23,389 bases of DNA from the IMG/VR virus record IMGVR_UViG_3300037307_000339. One strand, given 5' to 3'. Made by a program: the position numbers and the translations under genes. The DNA is from a virus. Within the stretch, counting starts at the first letter, position 1; every line of letters starts with the position of its first letter. Below, in pieces: positions 7,429-16,565 of this stretch. A model generated the notes under the pieces. The model saw only the letters and a program-made list of their open reading frames with translations. It was not told where the DNA came from and did no database searches.

Positions 7429-8172
7429 CTATGCTGTCATATCAAGTACATCTCTTTTGTTCATAGTGCCTGTCCTAAAAAAAAATGCCTGAGCATTTTG
7501 ATATGATTCGGGAGTACCAATGTCGATAAATGGTCCATCAGCCACCATGCCATATAGTGACTTATTGACAAGGGTTGGAAAGAAATCGTTTTCGAGTGAA
7601 TACGGGAACTGGAGTGGCATACTACGAATTATTTCCTTGTTCATAATGTATACGCCCGCATTGATTAGACTCGGTACAATGCTCAGCTCTTTCTCTTTGA
7701 ACGAGATAACCTTGTCGTCTACCGCCACAGCGACTAAGCCGCTCCTACTGTTGCTGTCTTCCTGAACTAACAGCATAGACACAGAAGCGTTTGTGATAGC
7801 GTGGAACACCTCAAACTCAATTAGATCGAAGTTGCAGTATGAGTCACCGTTCATAATCAGGACGGGGCTATGACAGAGAAGTGGTAAGGCATAACGCACT
7901 GCTCCACCCGTTCCACGGGAAACCGATTCGTTGCAGTAGGTTATGTTGATATTACGGTAATGGTTACCAAAGTGTTCAGTAATCTGATGGTGTAAATAAC
8001 CCGTACAGATTATGACATCATTCAACTGGAATGATGCGATCTGGTCTAAGATATAGGCAAGGAACGGCTTACCCTTCACTGGTGCCATGACTTTAGGCTT
8101 TGTGCTTATGATGGGGCTAAGGCGAGTTCCGAACCCACCTGCTAGAATGACTGCGGTTTGAATATCGCTCAT
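7429..8172 (-). CDS. sugar-phosphate nucleotidyltransferase (NTP_transferase; HddC/RmlA-like)
   Basis: N-terminal 'AVILAGGFGTRLSPIISTKPKVMAPVKGKPFLAYIL', 'VLIMNGDSYCNFDL', 'NAGVYIMNKEII', 'FIDIGTPESY'. Confidence 0.9.
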   Translation of the reverse strand: MSDIQTAVILAGGFGTRLSPIISTKPKVMAPVKGKPFLAYILDQIASFQLNDVIICTGYLHHQITEHFGNHYRNINITYCNESVSRGTGGAVRYALPLLCHSPVLIMNGDSYCNFDLIEFEVFHAITNASVSMLLVQEDSNSRSGLVAVAVDDKVISFKEKELSIVPSLINAGVYIMNKEIIRSMPLQFPYSLENDFFPTLVNKSLYGMVADGPFIDIGTPESYQNAQAFFFRTGTMNKRDVLDMTA

Positions 8173-8191
8173 AACACCTCGCTCTTAATAG

Positions 8192-8267
8192 TGGCACCCC
8201 AGGAGGGAATCGAACCCCCGTATATCGATTTAGAAGACCGATGCGTCATCCACTACGCTACTGAGGC
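8192..8267 (-). tRNA. tRNA-Arg(TCT)
   Basis: Acceptor GCCTCAG/CTGGGGT, anticodon TCGGT-CTTCTAA-ATCGA, T-arm GGGGG-TTCGATT-CCCTC, GCCA. Confidence 0.9.
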
Positions 8268-8448
8268 ATTGTTAGAAATACGGATAGCCCGAGTCTCTCT
8301 TCATCGAAATCTCTACGAATTTGTCATCCGTTCTGAGGCAACGTATGAGATTAAGTGGCTACCTTATCAAAGTTGAGCTTACAACCTGTATCCCTTGCCT
8401 GCATGATAATTTCTTTAGGACCGCAAAGTAACTCGCAGCATTATATCG

Positions 8449-8521
8449 AGCGGGTAACGCGATTTGAACGCGCATCTTGAGGGTCGGAAGCCGTCACGCT
8501 CTACCTTTGAGCTATACCCGC
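8449..8521 (-). tRNA. tRNA-Gly(TCC)
   Basis: Acceptor GCGGGTA/TACCCGC with T73, D-arm GCTC..GAGC, anticodon loop CTTCCGA, T-arm GCGCG-TTCAAAT-CGCGT; CCA not encoded. Confidence 0.85.
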
Positions 8522-8529
8522 GTTCTTGA

Positions 8530-8769
8530 TTATCGGGAATATACCCTCAATTGAAAATCTGCTTCCTGGGTGTGATGATTTTCAATCACAAAGATATGGG
8601 GGTAGAGACTCTGATAGTTCTGGATAATGGCATCTTTATCATGTTCAGTTGGCTCTTCATTGAGATTGATGACTAGGTATTCACGAAGCAGAATGGGATC
8701 ATCCTCACATTTCCAGGAGATTACTCTATTCCCAAAGACGTTCGCAATCAAATCAGCAGCCTGTTTCAT
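8530..8769 (-). CDS. hypothetical protein (79 aa)
   Basis: ORF in the dominant orientation. Confidence 0.6.
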   Translation of the reverse strand: MKQAADLIANVFGNRVISWKCEDDPILLREYLVINLNEEPTEHDKDAIIQNYQSLYPHIFVIENHHTQEADFQLRVYSR

Positions 8770-8919
8770 TTAGAACTCCTTATGTTGTAATCCGCAAGCT
8801 AGTGTCTGAATACCGAGACTACGCCACAGTCTTACGATAACGGGGCGGTCATCGATTGCTAAAACCACATTATACTTGTTTCGGATAAACTTGTCAAACA
8901 GTTCGCGCTGTTTGATGAG
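8770..8919 (-). pseudogene. fragment resembling the C-terminal HAD 3'-phosphatase part of T4 Pnk-like enzymes
   Basis: Open frame LIKQRELFDKFIRNKYNVVLAIDDRPVIVRLWRSLGIQTLACGLQHKEF, no start codon, TGA immediately upstream; the 'DDRPxVVRxWRSLG' block is characteristic of that family. Confidence 0.5.
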
Positions 8920-9183
8920 TCACCGTCGATAGGGTCGGCATGTACTATGTACTTGTAGGTAACCATAGTAGTGCAAACAAAGCCGAGGCAACCATCACGA
9001 TGATCACATTCTTTACCCTTGTATCTACGATAGGGGTGGATAAAATCCAAATAGTCACTAGTGTTATCGAACCCAAGAAAATGAGCCCGTTACTCTAATT
9101 GTTGAACAGAACATCAAAATTGTTATATCCTTCGTCGCAGCAATGCAGGAGAGGCTCGCCAAAATTAAGTCTCATTGGAAATG

Positions 9184-9468
9184 TTACATCAGCGTGTCAA
9201 CACCCATCCGAGACGCAACTGCAATCACCGTCGCGATCAGGTGGACCGATAGAATGGTGGACATACTAGCTCCTGCGAACCCGTAGCCTATCACCATAAA
9301 CCAGTCCCCTGCAAGGTACAGGGTAACAATGCAACGAAAGATCGTATTCATTCTTTTATCCTTTTGCGTTTGGCTTTCAGCTTTTTCTCCAGTAATCTTC
9401 AGTCTGAAGATGATCTTTTCATACATGCTTTCCTTCAAACTGAATGACCGATCTAAGAACACCGTCAT
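9184..9468 (-). CDS. small membrane protein (likely start at internal Met, MNTIFRCIV...)
   Basis: ORF with two hydrophobic segments (CIVTLYLAGDWFMVIGYGFAG; TILSVHLIATVIAVA). Confidence 0.55.
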   Translation of the reverse strand: MTVFLDRSFSLKESMYEKIIFRLKITGEKAESQTQKDKRMNTIFRCIVTLYLAGDWFMVIGYGFAGASMSTILSVHLIATVIAVASRMGVDTLM

Positions 9469-9541
9469 CGTTGCTTACATCCTGACTCCAGGGAAAGTGA
9501 AACGTTTTTGAGTGTTTAGTCTTCATGTCATTGCGGTTGTT

Positions 9542-9724
9542 TTAGTATATAGGAACCAGTTTAACTCGACAAACGCACCTAAACGGAGCCCTCACGCTTT
9601 TCAAGATCAAGTCCTTACTCTTCTTGGCATCCTCTAGGCTTGAGAACGTGTAGGACTCGACACCTAAATCGAAGATACCGAACAACATTATCTTTGTCTT
9701 GTACTTGAGTTTGGACTTGACCAT
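9542..9724 (-). CDS. hypothetical protein (60 aa)
   Basis: ORF directly downstream of promoter 9755-9782. Confidence 0.6.
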   Translation of the reverse strand: MVKSKLKYKTKIMLFGIFDLGVESYTFSSLEDAKKSKDLILKSVRAPFRCVCRVKLVPIY

Positions 9725-9754
9725 TTTGTTTCGGCTTGCTTACACGGTGACTAT

Positions 9755-9782
9755 AGTCTAGCCTATTTACAGCGAAAGTCAA
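9755..9782 (-). promoter_or_regulatory. sigma70-like promoter
   Basis: Minus strand TTGACT - 16 nt - TAGACT then ATAGTCACCGTGTAAGCAAGCC. Confidence 0.7.
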
Positions 9783-9830
9783 GCTTTTTTTAAGCTAATT
9801 TTCCTCGGAAATGTGACAGCCGCAATGTTG

Positions 9831-10223
9831 CTAGTTTCGGTCAGGGGAGGGAACCAGCGGCGGGTCGAAGAACTTTTCGATTTGCTGGATGAGGCGATGG
9901 AACAAGCGCGGACTCACATCAAACATTGCCGCCCACAGGTTAGCGATAGGGCAAATAGAAACTACTGCCCTGCCGATGAGAGTACCGATCTTATCCGTCG
10001 GATAGTAGTAACCGACGGTCCTCATTGCTCGCCCACTATCCGTCTTTTCCAATGCCTTGGCAGCAGTCAGTTTAGCGATATACACACCCCTGGCTCTGAA
10101 GTCTTTCTGATAGTTCTCGAAGGTTTTCAGAGTGTAACCCACGGCACATATACTCAACGGTAACCAATATAGAAATACGGCAATCCAAGGATTAGCCCAA
10201 TAGCTCAGGATAGCATCAATCAT
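9831..10223 (-). CDS. membrane-associated hypothetical protein (130 aa)
   Basis: ORF, N-terminal hydrophobic segment NPWIAVFLYWLPLSICAVGYTL. Confidence 0.65.
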   Translation of the reverse strand: MIDAILSYWANPWIAVFLYWLPLSICAVGYTLKTFENYQKDFRARGVYIAKLTAAKALEKTDSGRAMRTVGYYYPTDKIGTLIGRAVVSICPIANLWAAMFDVSPRLFHRLIQQIEKFFDPPLVPSPDRN

Positions 10224-10231
10224 AAGTCACC

Positions 10232-10648
10232 TCAACTGTTGATGCTGTCAAGACCCACTCGCATACCGAGTAAACTCAAGATATGGACCATCTCAAATTG
10301 AATTGCCGTGCGGGTGGCAATAGGGATAGAGCTTGGGTGGTTCTCTATATCGGTTTCAGGTTTTACGCCTGAGACACCGATGATCAGAAGCAGTGCTTTC
10401 ATGCTGATGTAATCACACAGAATGGGCTCATACTCAGTAAGCTTAAACTTGATAGGAAATTCAGTAAGCCTGAGTCGAGCCATATTATTGCCCATCTTAC
10501 GGATCCAACGCTTATCGTTAGGGTTGAATACGCTCCAGCCTACGGTTACTTCGCGAGTCTCATAGTCTAGGCTAGTGCATACGGTCAGGACAGCACCGTT
10601 GACTAGGAAGTGATGTCGGAATCGTTGGGCAGTCTTAGTTTCACACAT
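10232..10648 (-). CDS. hypothetical protein (138 aa)
   Basis: ORF in the dominant orientation. Confidence 0.65.
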   Translation of the reverse strand: MCETKTAQRFRHHFLVNGAVLTVCTSLDYETREVTVGWSVFNPNDKRWIRKMGNNMARLRLTEFPIKFKLTEYEPILCDYISMKALLLIIGVSGVKPETDIENHPSSIPIATRTAIQFEMVHILSLLGMRVGLDSINS

Positions 10649-10660
10649 GATAAATCCTCT

Positions 10661-10996
10661 TTAGGTTGCAATAGCCATGGCCTCCTCGATGGGAGGTGCA
10701 TCAAGATACTTCTTATACACTGCTTCTTTTTGATCCTTAAGTTCTTGAATCTTGGAGTTAAGAGCAGCAATTTCCTTCTGTTTTTGCTCTTCCACATACG
10801 CTAGAGCAAGCGATTGATCAGTGAATAGGTACATTCCTGCCACTCTACGGTGGGTGCCATTTACATACTTCACCAACAAATTATCAGATAGACTTTCGGT
10901 GAGTTTGATGAAGATCGCACAATATCGGATCCCACTCGTGAGATAGAACTCCACATCCCAACCATACAGTATGCGGTAATAATCTTTGCTGTTCAT
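10661..10996 (-). CDS. hypothetical protein with C-terminal coiled-coil (111 aa)
   Basis: ORF; 'EEQKQKEIAALNSKIQELKDQKEAVYKK'. Confidence 0.7.
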   Translation of the reverse strand: MNSKDYYRILYGWDVEFYLTSGIRYCAIFIKLTESLSDNLLVKYVNGTHRRVAGMYLFTDQSLALAYVEEQKQKEIAALNSKIQELKDQKEAVYKKYLDAPPIEEAMAIAT

Positions 10997-11250
10997 TCTT
11001 TATCCCTCATTGTAAACGATATCTCACAGGCTCTTTCGCACTCATGCTTGATGTCTGTCTTAAGTTTTTTGATGGCAATTTTCTTTACCTCTTTGAATAC
11101 TCTCTTGCCAGGGCAATGGAACATTTCGATTGTGACACGGTTGCCCTTAACCTTAATGTCTTTTACCCTAACAAGTGTCCTGCTTATGATGGCATCTACA
11201 ACTGTAGAAATGTACTTTGAACGAGTTTCCAGTGATACCATCTCATACAT
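10993..11250 (-). CDS. hypothetical protein (85 aa)
   Basis: ORF overlapping the downstream start by 4 nt (ATGA). Confidence 0.65.
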   Translation of the reverse strand: MYEMVSLETRSKYISTVVDAIISRTLVRVKDIKVKGNRVTIEMFHCPGKRVFKEVKKIAIKKLKTDIKHECERACEISFTMRDKE

Positions 11251-11254
11251 TCTC

Positions 11255-12046
11255 CTAAATTTCTACAGTCATTGGAATGTATTCATGTGGGTGTCTGTAG
11301 AGCTCACCTAAGTAACCTTTAGGGTGACAGACTACTCTACACTGTTCAACGTTGTAATCAAAATCACTATGACAATGCCCGTGTGCCCAAAGCTTGATCT
11401 GATCGTTATCGACCATGATATGCTCTAGGTTACTTGCGAATGCTCCAGTAAGGGGACTGGTCTTAAACCTGGGCATTATGCTCTGATACGACGGAGCGTG
11501 ATGCGTCAATATCACTATCGTCTTCGTCTCATTGAACAGCCTTAGCATCTGATCAATGTAGGACGTGTTGATGTTGAAAAGACGAACCGTATCATCGGGT
11601 CTGATTGCTCTGGAGCGGAATGACAGATCCTTAAGAGTAGGAAAGATAAAGTAATAATCTGAAATTCCTACCTTGCACGCCTCCTTCGTCATAGGATTGT
11701 TCCTATCCATATCGCTCCAGAGCGTAGTGCCGATGAACGTGACTTCATCGATAGAGATCGCATCATTACTCAAGACATGGATGTTTCTGAAAGGTTTCAT
11801 CTCTTCCCTAATGTAATCGACTGTCGTATCAAGGCACCCCTGATAATACTCATGATTACCTAGGACATAGAATACTTTTTCCCATCTCTCGCTCATCCTC
11901 TTAAACACGGGAAGCATCTTTCTTATTTGTCGAACCTCACACACATCACCTAGGAGAGCGAGGAAAGGAGCGTTAGCAGTAAAGAACGGGTCTCCTAGAT
12001 CGCTTACTAGACTGAGGTGAATATCACTGGCAATATCGATGAGCAT
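11255..12046 (-). CDS. calcineurin-like metallophosphoesterase
   Basis: Motifs SDIHL, GDV, GNHEYY, THHAP, HGHCHSDFD. Confidence 0.9.
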   Translation of the reverse strand: MLIDIASDIHLSLVSDLGDPFFTANAPFLALLGDVCEVRQIRKMLPVFKRMSERWEKVFYVLGNHEYYQGCLDTTVDYIREEMKPFRNIHVLSNDAISIDEVTFIGTTLWSDMDRNNPMTKEACKVGISDYYFIFPTLKDLSFRSRAIRPDDTVRLFNINTSYIDQMLRLFNETKTIVILTHHAPSYQSIMPRFKTSPLTGAFASNLEHIMVDNDQIKLWAHGHCHSDFDYNVEQCRVVCHPKGYLGELYRHPHEYIPMTVEI

Positions 12047-12100
12047 TTACCATCTCCGAGTTAAAATGTAAAAATCATTTATTTGCGCGTAATCGTTAAT

Positions 12101-12129
12101 AGTTTAGTACATCAGAAGCCTGATGTCAA
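12101..12129 (-). promoter_or_regulatory. sigma70-like promoter upstream of the metallophosphoesterase
   Basis: Minus strand TTGACA - 17 nt - TAAACT. Confidence 0.65.
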
Positions 12130-12392
12130 GAGGAAGGTTGTGTAGAGTTCCTAATCCACACCGCTCCACGTTCGTCGTACAGACTGTTCTGAACGGAGTC
12201 ATAATAATCATGGAACTTGCTGAATACTTTCACAGGCTCTCTCTGAGTCATCATCGGGTTGCATTAAAAACTAGAGATGCCCGTCGATCTTATCAGCGAA
12301 CTCGACTAACATCTCTTATGTCAATAGTGTGCTTCATTGCACTAATCGCCCGTTTAGTAGGTTACGAATTCTCGATACGTTATCCTAGTCTG

Positions 12393-13331
12393 TCATTTCA
12401 GTGCATTTACGCAATGGGTATAGGAATAGTAGTAGAATCCCGTGATCTCTGCATAGTTGCGCCAAGTCTTAGTCGTAGACAGTAACGGTCTGTCTTCTTT
12501 TTCTGACGCATTAAACGATGATTCTGCTCCGTCAAATGCGCCGTTAACCTTTAACCAAGGTCCTAAGAAGCACATATTGTCATAGTAGCCTGGTGCCTTT
12601 GGACCCAAATTGCAAATCTCTGGTGGTAGCCATTCAGCACTAATGATCGGCAGTACCTTAACCTTGGTACTAGGAACTGCATTCTTGATTTGATTGAGAC
12701 GATCCTTAACCTTAGGATAGAGCTTTGTTCCTCTGTCTACATACGAGTGCATATAGATTCGGTCAACCAATTTGAGCAGAGAAGTCATCTCATTCTGAGT
12801 GGTCCAACCGATATACGCACCAATAACAGTGCCTGCTGGTGCTTTAGACCTCATATACTTGAGTATCGTAGTCGCATTGGTAGTGAAGTCTCTCGGTGAG
12901 TTGTTCCACCACTCATACTCAAGCCACAATCCATCAATTTTGACTGCGTAGGTAGAAAGGAATTTGGTAACTCTGTCCATTTCAGCAATTCCGCCGACAG
13001 CAATAGAGACAAAGTTAACTCCTTGAGCTCTCACCTTTTCAATCAAGTCTTTAAGCTCTGACTGCTTCAATGGAATGACCCTCGTAGCAACAGGACCACC
13101 TGTGTAGAAGGTTAGTTCAGTGAATCCATACTTCTTGACAAAATCTAAAAACTCTTGGGTTTTGGATGGGTTAGTTACAATGGAGTAGAGTTCTCCAACT
13201 AGCAGTCCTCTCATAGCCGTACCTCCTGGTGGACTTGCAAAAGTAAAATGTGACATCAAATTTAAAACAATACACATCATTTTACTTAGTCTTTTTACGG
13301 TACTGAACCTCATTAGTATTTCGTTTTCCAT
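12393..13331 (-). CDS. secreted protein, probable TIM-barrel / glycoside-hydrolase-like
   Basis: Signal-peptide-like N-terminus; 'YGFTELTFYTGG', 'IDGLWLEYEWWN', 'VIGAYIGW', 'VDRIYMHSY' strand-like repeats; overlaps the GT2 gene end. Confidence 0.7.
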   Translation of the reverse strand: MENEILMRFSTVKRLSKMMCIVLNLMSHFTFASPPGGTAMRGLLVGELYSIVTNPSKTQEFLDFVKKYGFTELTFYTGGPVATRVIPLKQSELKDLIEKVRAQGVNFVSIAVGGIAEMDRVTKFLSTYAVKIDGLWLEYEWWNNSPRDFTTNATTILKYMRSKAPAGTVIGAYIGWTTQNEMTSLLKLVDRIYMHSYVDRGTKLYPKVKDRLNQIKNAVPSTKVKVLPIISAEWLPPEICNLGPKAPGYYDNMCFLGPWLKVNGAFDGAESSFNASEKEDRPLLSTTKTWRNYAEITGFYYYSYTHCVNALK

Positions 13332-14602
13332 AGGTAGGCATGTCTTTGGACATAGTTAGGCACATAGCCATCTCGATAAGAGGACCTATTGATGAACTCA
13401 TCGACGCAAGCCACGGTCCTCACTGCTCGCATAAAGAAGCCTCCATAGAGTGAGTAGAATGGGAATACGATACAAGGCATTAGATCTCTCTTGAGGTTTA
13501 CGCTGTAGAACATCACCGTGAGGACTTGGAAGAAGCCAAAGACACTATAGCCTAATGCAACACAAACAGCTAAGTTCTTAACAGACTGCCAATCCAAATT
13601 CAAGAACAAAGCGCCTAACATGAACCAAAACGAGAAGGTACACCACACGGAGAAGAACATCGTGTCGTACCAGTACAGGAAGTTCGTGAATCGGAAGTTG
13701 TTACTCATCAGACTGGCACCTTCGATATGCTTGCGAAGATGGATTCTGACGATGCCCATATCCCAACGGAGTCTTTGATTCCATAGTTGTTTCCATTTGA
13801 TCGGAACATCCGTATAGCACTCTGACTCAGGTACGAACACCACCTTGTAACCCATCTTGCGAATGCGAATAGTGATGTCTGAGTCTTCACTAGGTCCAAC
13901 ATCCATACCGTATCCACGACGGAAGATCTCTGTCCTGAATGCACCGAAAGCACCGCTGATGATAGACAACGTCCCCATTTTAGCTGAAAGCACTCGACCT
14001 ACCATGATCGAGATCAGATACTCGTACGCTTGGAATAGTGTGCATAAACTGTCTGTCGGATTCCTGACAAGGATGCAACCCGATGTTCCACCCACTTTAG
14101 GATCTTTAAACGGTTGCACTAATCGGTAGATAGCATCAGGACCAAAAGTGCTGTCTGAGTCGATGACGACAATGATATCTGCGGTGATGTATGGGTATGC
14201 GAAGTTCTGTGCAGTGCTCTTTCCACCACCATGGGGGCGTCTCAGAACTAAGACTCCGTCATGAGTCTCTGCGAACTTAGACGCAATCTCGAATGTGCCA
14301 TCCGTTGAGCCATCGTCGATGACGATAATTTGGAGGAACGGATAACTGCCATGGATTGTCTCCAAGCACTGTCTCATTGTCGCGGACTCATTTAAGCCAG
14401 GGATAAGTGCGCACACAGTGGGTAGATAGGCTCCTTTCGGAGCCTCTTTGCCATGCCATAGGTCAGAAAAGAAGGTCCAAATTAGTAAAACCAGATTTGC
14501 GAATAGATATCTAGGACCATCTAAGAGCAGCATCCCACTGAATGTCAGGAGATACTGCTCTGTGCTGAATCCTGAGAACCAGTACAGAGCATCGTAAATC
14601 AT
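13313..14602 (-). CDS. family 2 processive glycosyltransferase, membrane bound
   Basis: 'ALIPGLNESATMRQCLETI', 'IIVIDDGSTDGT', 'VIDSDSTF', 'EDSDITIRI', QxxRW motif 'QRLRW', multiple transmembrane segments. Confidence 0.92.
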   Translation of the reverse strand: MIYDALYWFSGFSTEQYLLTFSGMLLLDGPRYLFANLVLLIWTFFSDLWHGKEAPKGAYLPTVCALIPGLNESATMRQCLETIHGSYPFLQIIVIDDGSTDGTFEIASKFAETHDGVLVLRRPHGGGKSTAQNFAYPYITADIIVVIDSDSTFGPDAIYRLVQPFKDPKVGGTSGCILVRNPTDSLCTLFQAYEYLISIMVGRVLSAKMGTLSIISGAFGAFRTEIFRRGYGMDVGPSEDSDITIRIRKMGYKVVFVPESECYTDVPIKWKQLWNQRLRWDMGIVRIHLRKHIEGASLMSNNFRFTNFLYWYDTMFFSVWCTFSFWFMLGALFLNLDWQSVKNLAVCVALGYSVFGFFQVLTVMFYSVNLKRDLMPCIVFPFYSLYGGFFMRAVRTVACVDEFINRSSYRDGYVPNYVQRHAYLWKTKY

Positions 14603-15336
14603 AACATCGTGTACTCCATTAGGTTGATTTCTTTCGCTTCTGTGACCAAGAACGATGTGTCACAACACAAGCATCTACCGATGAGTTTGGAGTTGTTACC
14701 CGTCCAACCACAATCCATGCAACGCTGCAATCCCGCAGAGACATCGTAGTCTACGTTGATGATTAGACCATCCTTATGACACTTACCGCAAGCGATAGAG
14801 CCTTGCTGACGGTTAATCGTAAATGTCTCTAACAAATCAACGTTCCCGCAAGCATAGTGGTGAACCAACTGGTCAGGACGAGTCGCATGAGATCCGCAGG
14901 ATGGACAGCCTGGGCGAATGGTAAAAGCTATGCTCTCACATTCTGGGCAGACCATTATCTTATCGACCACTTTAGATGTTGCAGCGCCATATTTTACAAA
15001 TAGGTCCAGTGTCTGCTTGTGAATACGGTATTGGTATTCATTACATTCTATGAAGGCATTGTAAACCTGTCCTACTTGATCAGATAAACGATGACATTGG
15101 ACACTTGTCACACCATCTTTGAACTTAGACGTTTTCTGTCTAACAGGAACAGGCACGGTTGAATTACTAGGAAGTAGAACGCCATAACTGAATGAGATTG
15201 GAGACGTTGTCTCCATCGTCATAAAGATTGCATCTTCCCTGACTTCACACTCCCCAATCCACTCACCTCTTAAGGTGGCTAGTCTAGCCGTAATCATAAT
15301 GACCTCACTTTGTCTCACTGGCGTTTGCAGTCTCAC
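14599..15336 (-). CDS. zinc-ribbon protein, TackOD1-like metal-binding domain
   Basis: 'VCPECESIAFTIRPGCPSCGSHATRPDQLVHHYACGNVDLLETF...ACGKCHKDGLIINVDYD...CMDCGWTG...CLCCD'. Confidence 0.75.
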   Translation of the reverse strand: MRLQTPVRQSEVIMITARLATLRGEWIGECEVREDAIFMTMETTSPISFSYGVLLPSNSTVPVPVRQKTSKFKDGVTSVQCHRLSDQVGQVYNAFIECNEYQYRIHKQTLDLFVKYGAATSKVVDKIMVCPECESIAFTIRPGCPSCGSHATRPDQLVHHYACGNVDLLETFTINRQQGSIACGKCHKDGLIINVDYDVSAGLQRCMDCGWTGNNSKLIGRCLCCDTSFLVTEAKEINLMEYTML

Positions 15337-16555
15337 CCGTAAAAAAGCTTACAATCTGCGAAACGCCCGTGAGTGTCTCAATCACATTTGGACGCTTAAT
15401 GGTACTTCCCACGATAAACAAGTTGATGTCAGCGTCCTTAGGTTGCAGGTACACCCTAATTAGCTTGTCATCGGCTGAATAGTTTCTTTTGATCTGGTCC
15501 GGAGGAGATATTGTATCACGAGATAGAGCCGTGACAGTAGTCTTAACCGTCCTATTGAGCGACGGACTCCACACATCCACCTCTTCACCAACCTGTGGGA
15601 CTCGTGCAGCGGGGTTATAGTATAGCACCAGTTTCATAGAGTCATTCTCGACGATGTTAAAAATCTCATCTCCAGCGACTCTCTCGCCAGCGTGATGGGT
15701 AATGGATGAAACGATACCCGACACAGGGCTAGTGATTTCCCCTTCAGTAATCTTTTCTTCAAGACGCTTCTTCTCGTTTTTGAGAAACTCAAGCTTCTTA
15801 GTCAATGGGATAATCTGGGATGAGCCATCGTCATCTACGGTGGAACGAGACCTTTCGAGACGAGACTGCATCGCCGTAATGGTGTTCGTCTTTCCTGTGA
15901 TTAATGCTTGCGATTGTGCGACATCGGCCTCTGCTTTATCCAAGTCAAGTTGGCTTACGGCACCCTGACCTCTGAGTAGTTTAATACGAGTCAGATGGCT
16001 CTTCTGAAGCATTAGTTTCGCTTTGATCTCTGCCAGTTGTCCTTCTTCCGACATAAGCTGACTAGTCGCCTCATAAAACGTGTCATTGTTACGACCACGA
16101 TTCCAACGATTCTCGCTTTCTTTAGCAGTTATCTCCGATTGGGTAACTTGAATTTCGTCTTCCAGTTTGAACAGATCTCGATAGTCATTAGAGTTAATGA
16201 TTTTGGCAACAAAACGACCAGAAGCAATAGGCATCCCTTCAGTTACTTCCAGCCTTTGCACTTTGCCCTCAATGGGTGAGTAAACACCCACCACATTGGC
16301 AGAGACTACACCATAGGACTCATAGCGGAAGTAGATGTTCCACACGTTGTATGACCCAACACTCAACGCTGCAAGGACAGCAGCGATTACCAACTTCTTT
16401 CCTTTCCTAGGCGGAATTTGACCTGGTGCAGTGTAGTTCATTGCGGATTGTGGTACAAGCTCTGGGATTGCAAGCTCCGTTCCTGCTTGCTCTTGTAGGT
16501 AAGATGAAGTCTTCAATGCATAGTCATTCTTGGGAAACCTTTTAAGGTTGCTCAC
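15305..16555 (-). CDS. HlyD-family membrane fusion / periplasmic adaptor-like protein
   Basis: Single N-terminal TM, lipoyl/biotinyl half 'SPIEGKVQRLEVTEGMPIASGRFVAKI', coiled-coil, second half 'ITSPVSGIVSSITHHAGERVAGDEIFNIV'. Confidence 0.9.
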   Translation of the reverse strand: MSNLKRFPKNDYALKTSSYLQEQAGTELAIPELVPQSAMNYTAPGQIPPRKGKKLVIAAVLAALSVGSYNVWNIYFRYESYGVVSANVVGVYSPIEGKVQRLEVTEGMPIASGRFVAKIINSNDYRDLFKLEDEIQVTQSEITAKESENRWNRGRNNDTFYEATSQLMSEEGQLAEIKAKLMLQKSHLTRIKLLRGQGAVSQLDLDKAEADVAQSQALITGKTNTITAMQSRLERSRSTVDDDGSSQIIPLTKKLEFLKNEKKRLEEKITEGEITSPVSGIVSSITHHAGERVAGDEIFNIVENDSMKLVLYYNPAARVPQVGEEVDVWSPSLNRTVKTTVTALSRDTISPPDQIKRNYSADDKLIRVYLQPKDADINLFIVGSTIKRPNVIETLTGVSQIVSFFTGETANASETK

Positions 16556-16565
16556 AGATGTCTCC

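Noticed and set aside
8158-8376. Plus-strand 72-aa ORF MNIAHNTSLLIVAPQEG...
   Set aside because: Runs antisense through tRNA-Arg(TCT); its sequence is largely the complement of the tRNA.
11048-11311. Plus-strand 87-aa hydrophobic ORF
   Set aside because: Antisense of the 85-aa minus-strand gene at 10993-11250; the hydrophobicity likely arises from the complement of Lys/Glu-rich codons.
12123-12485. Plus-strand 120-aa ORF between the metallophosphoesterase and secreted protein genes
   Set aside because: Opposite to all convincing genes, overlaps the 3' end of the minus-strand gene, and its composition is not protein-like. The start overlaps the promoter region, so it was not called.
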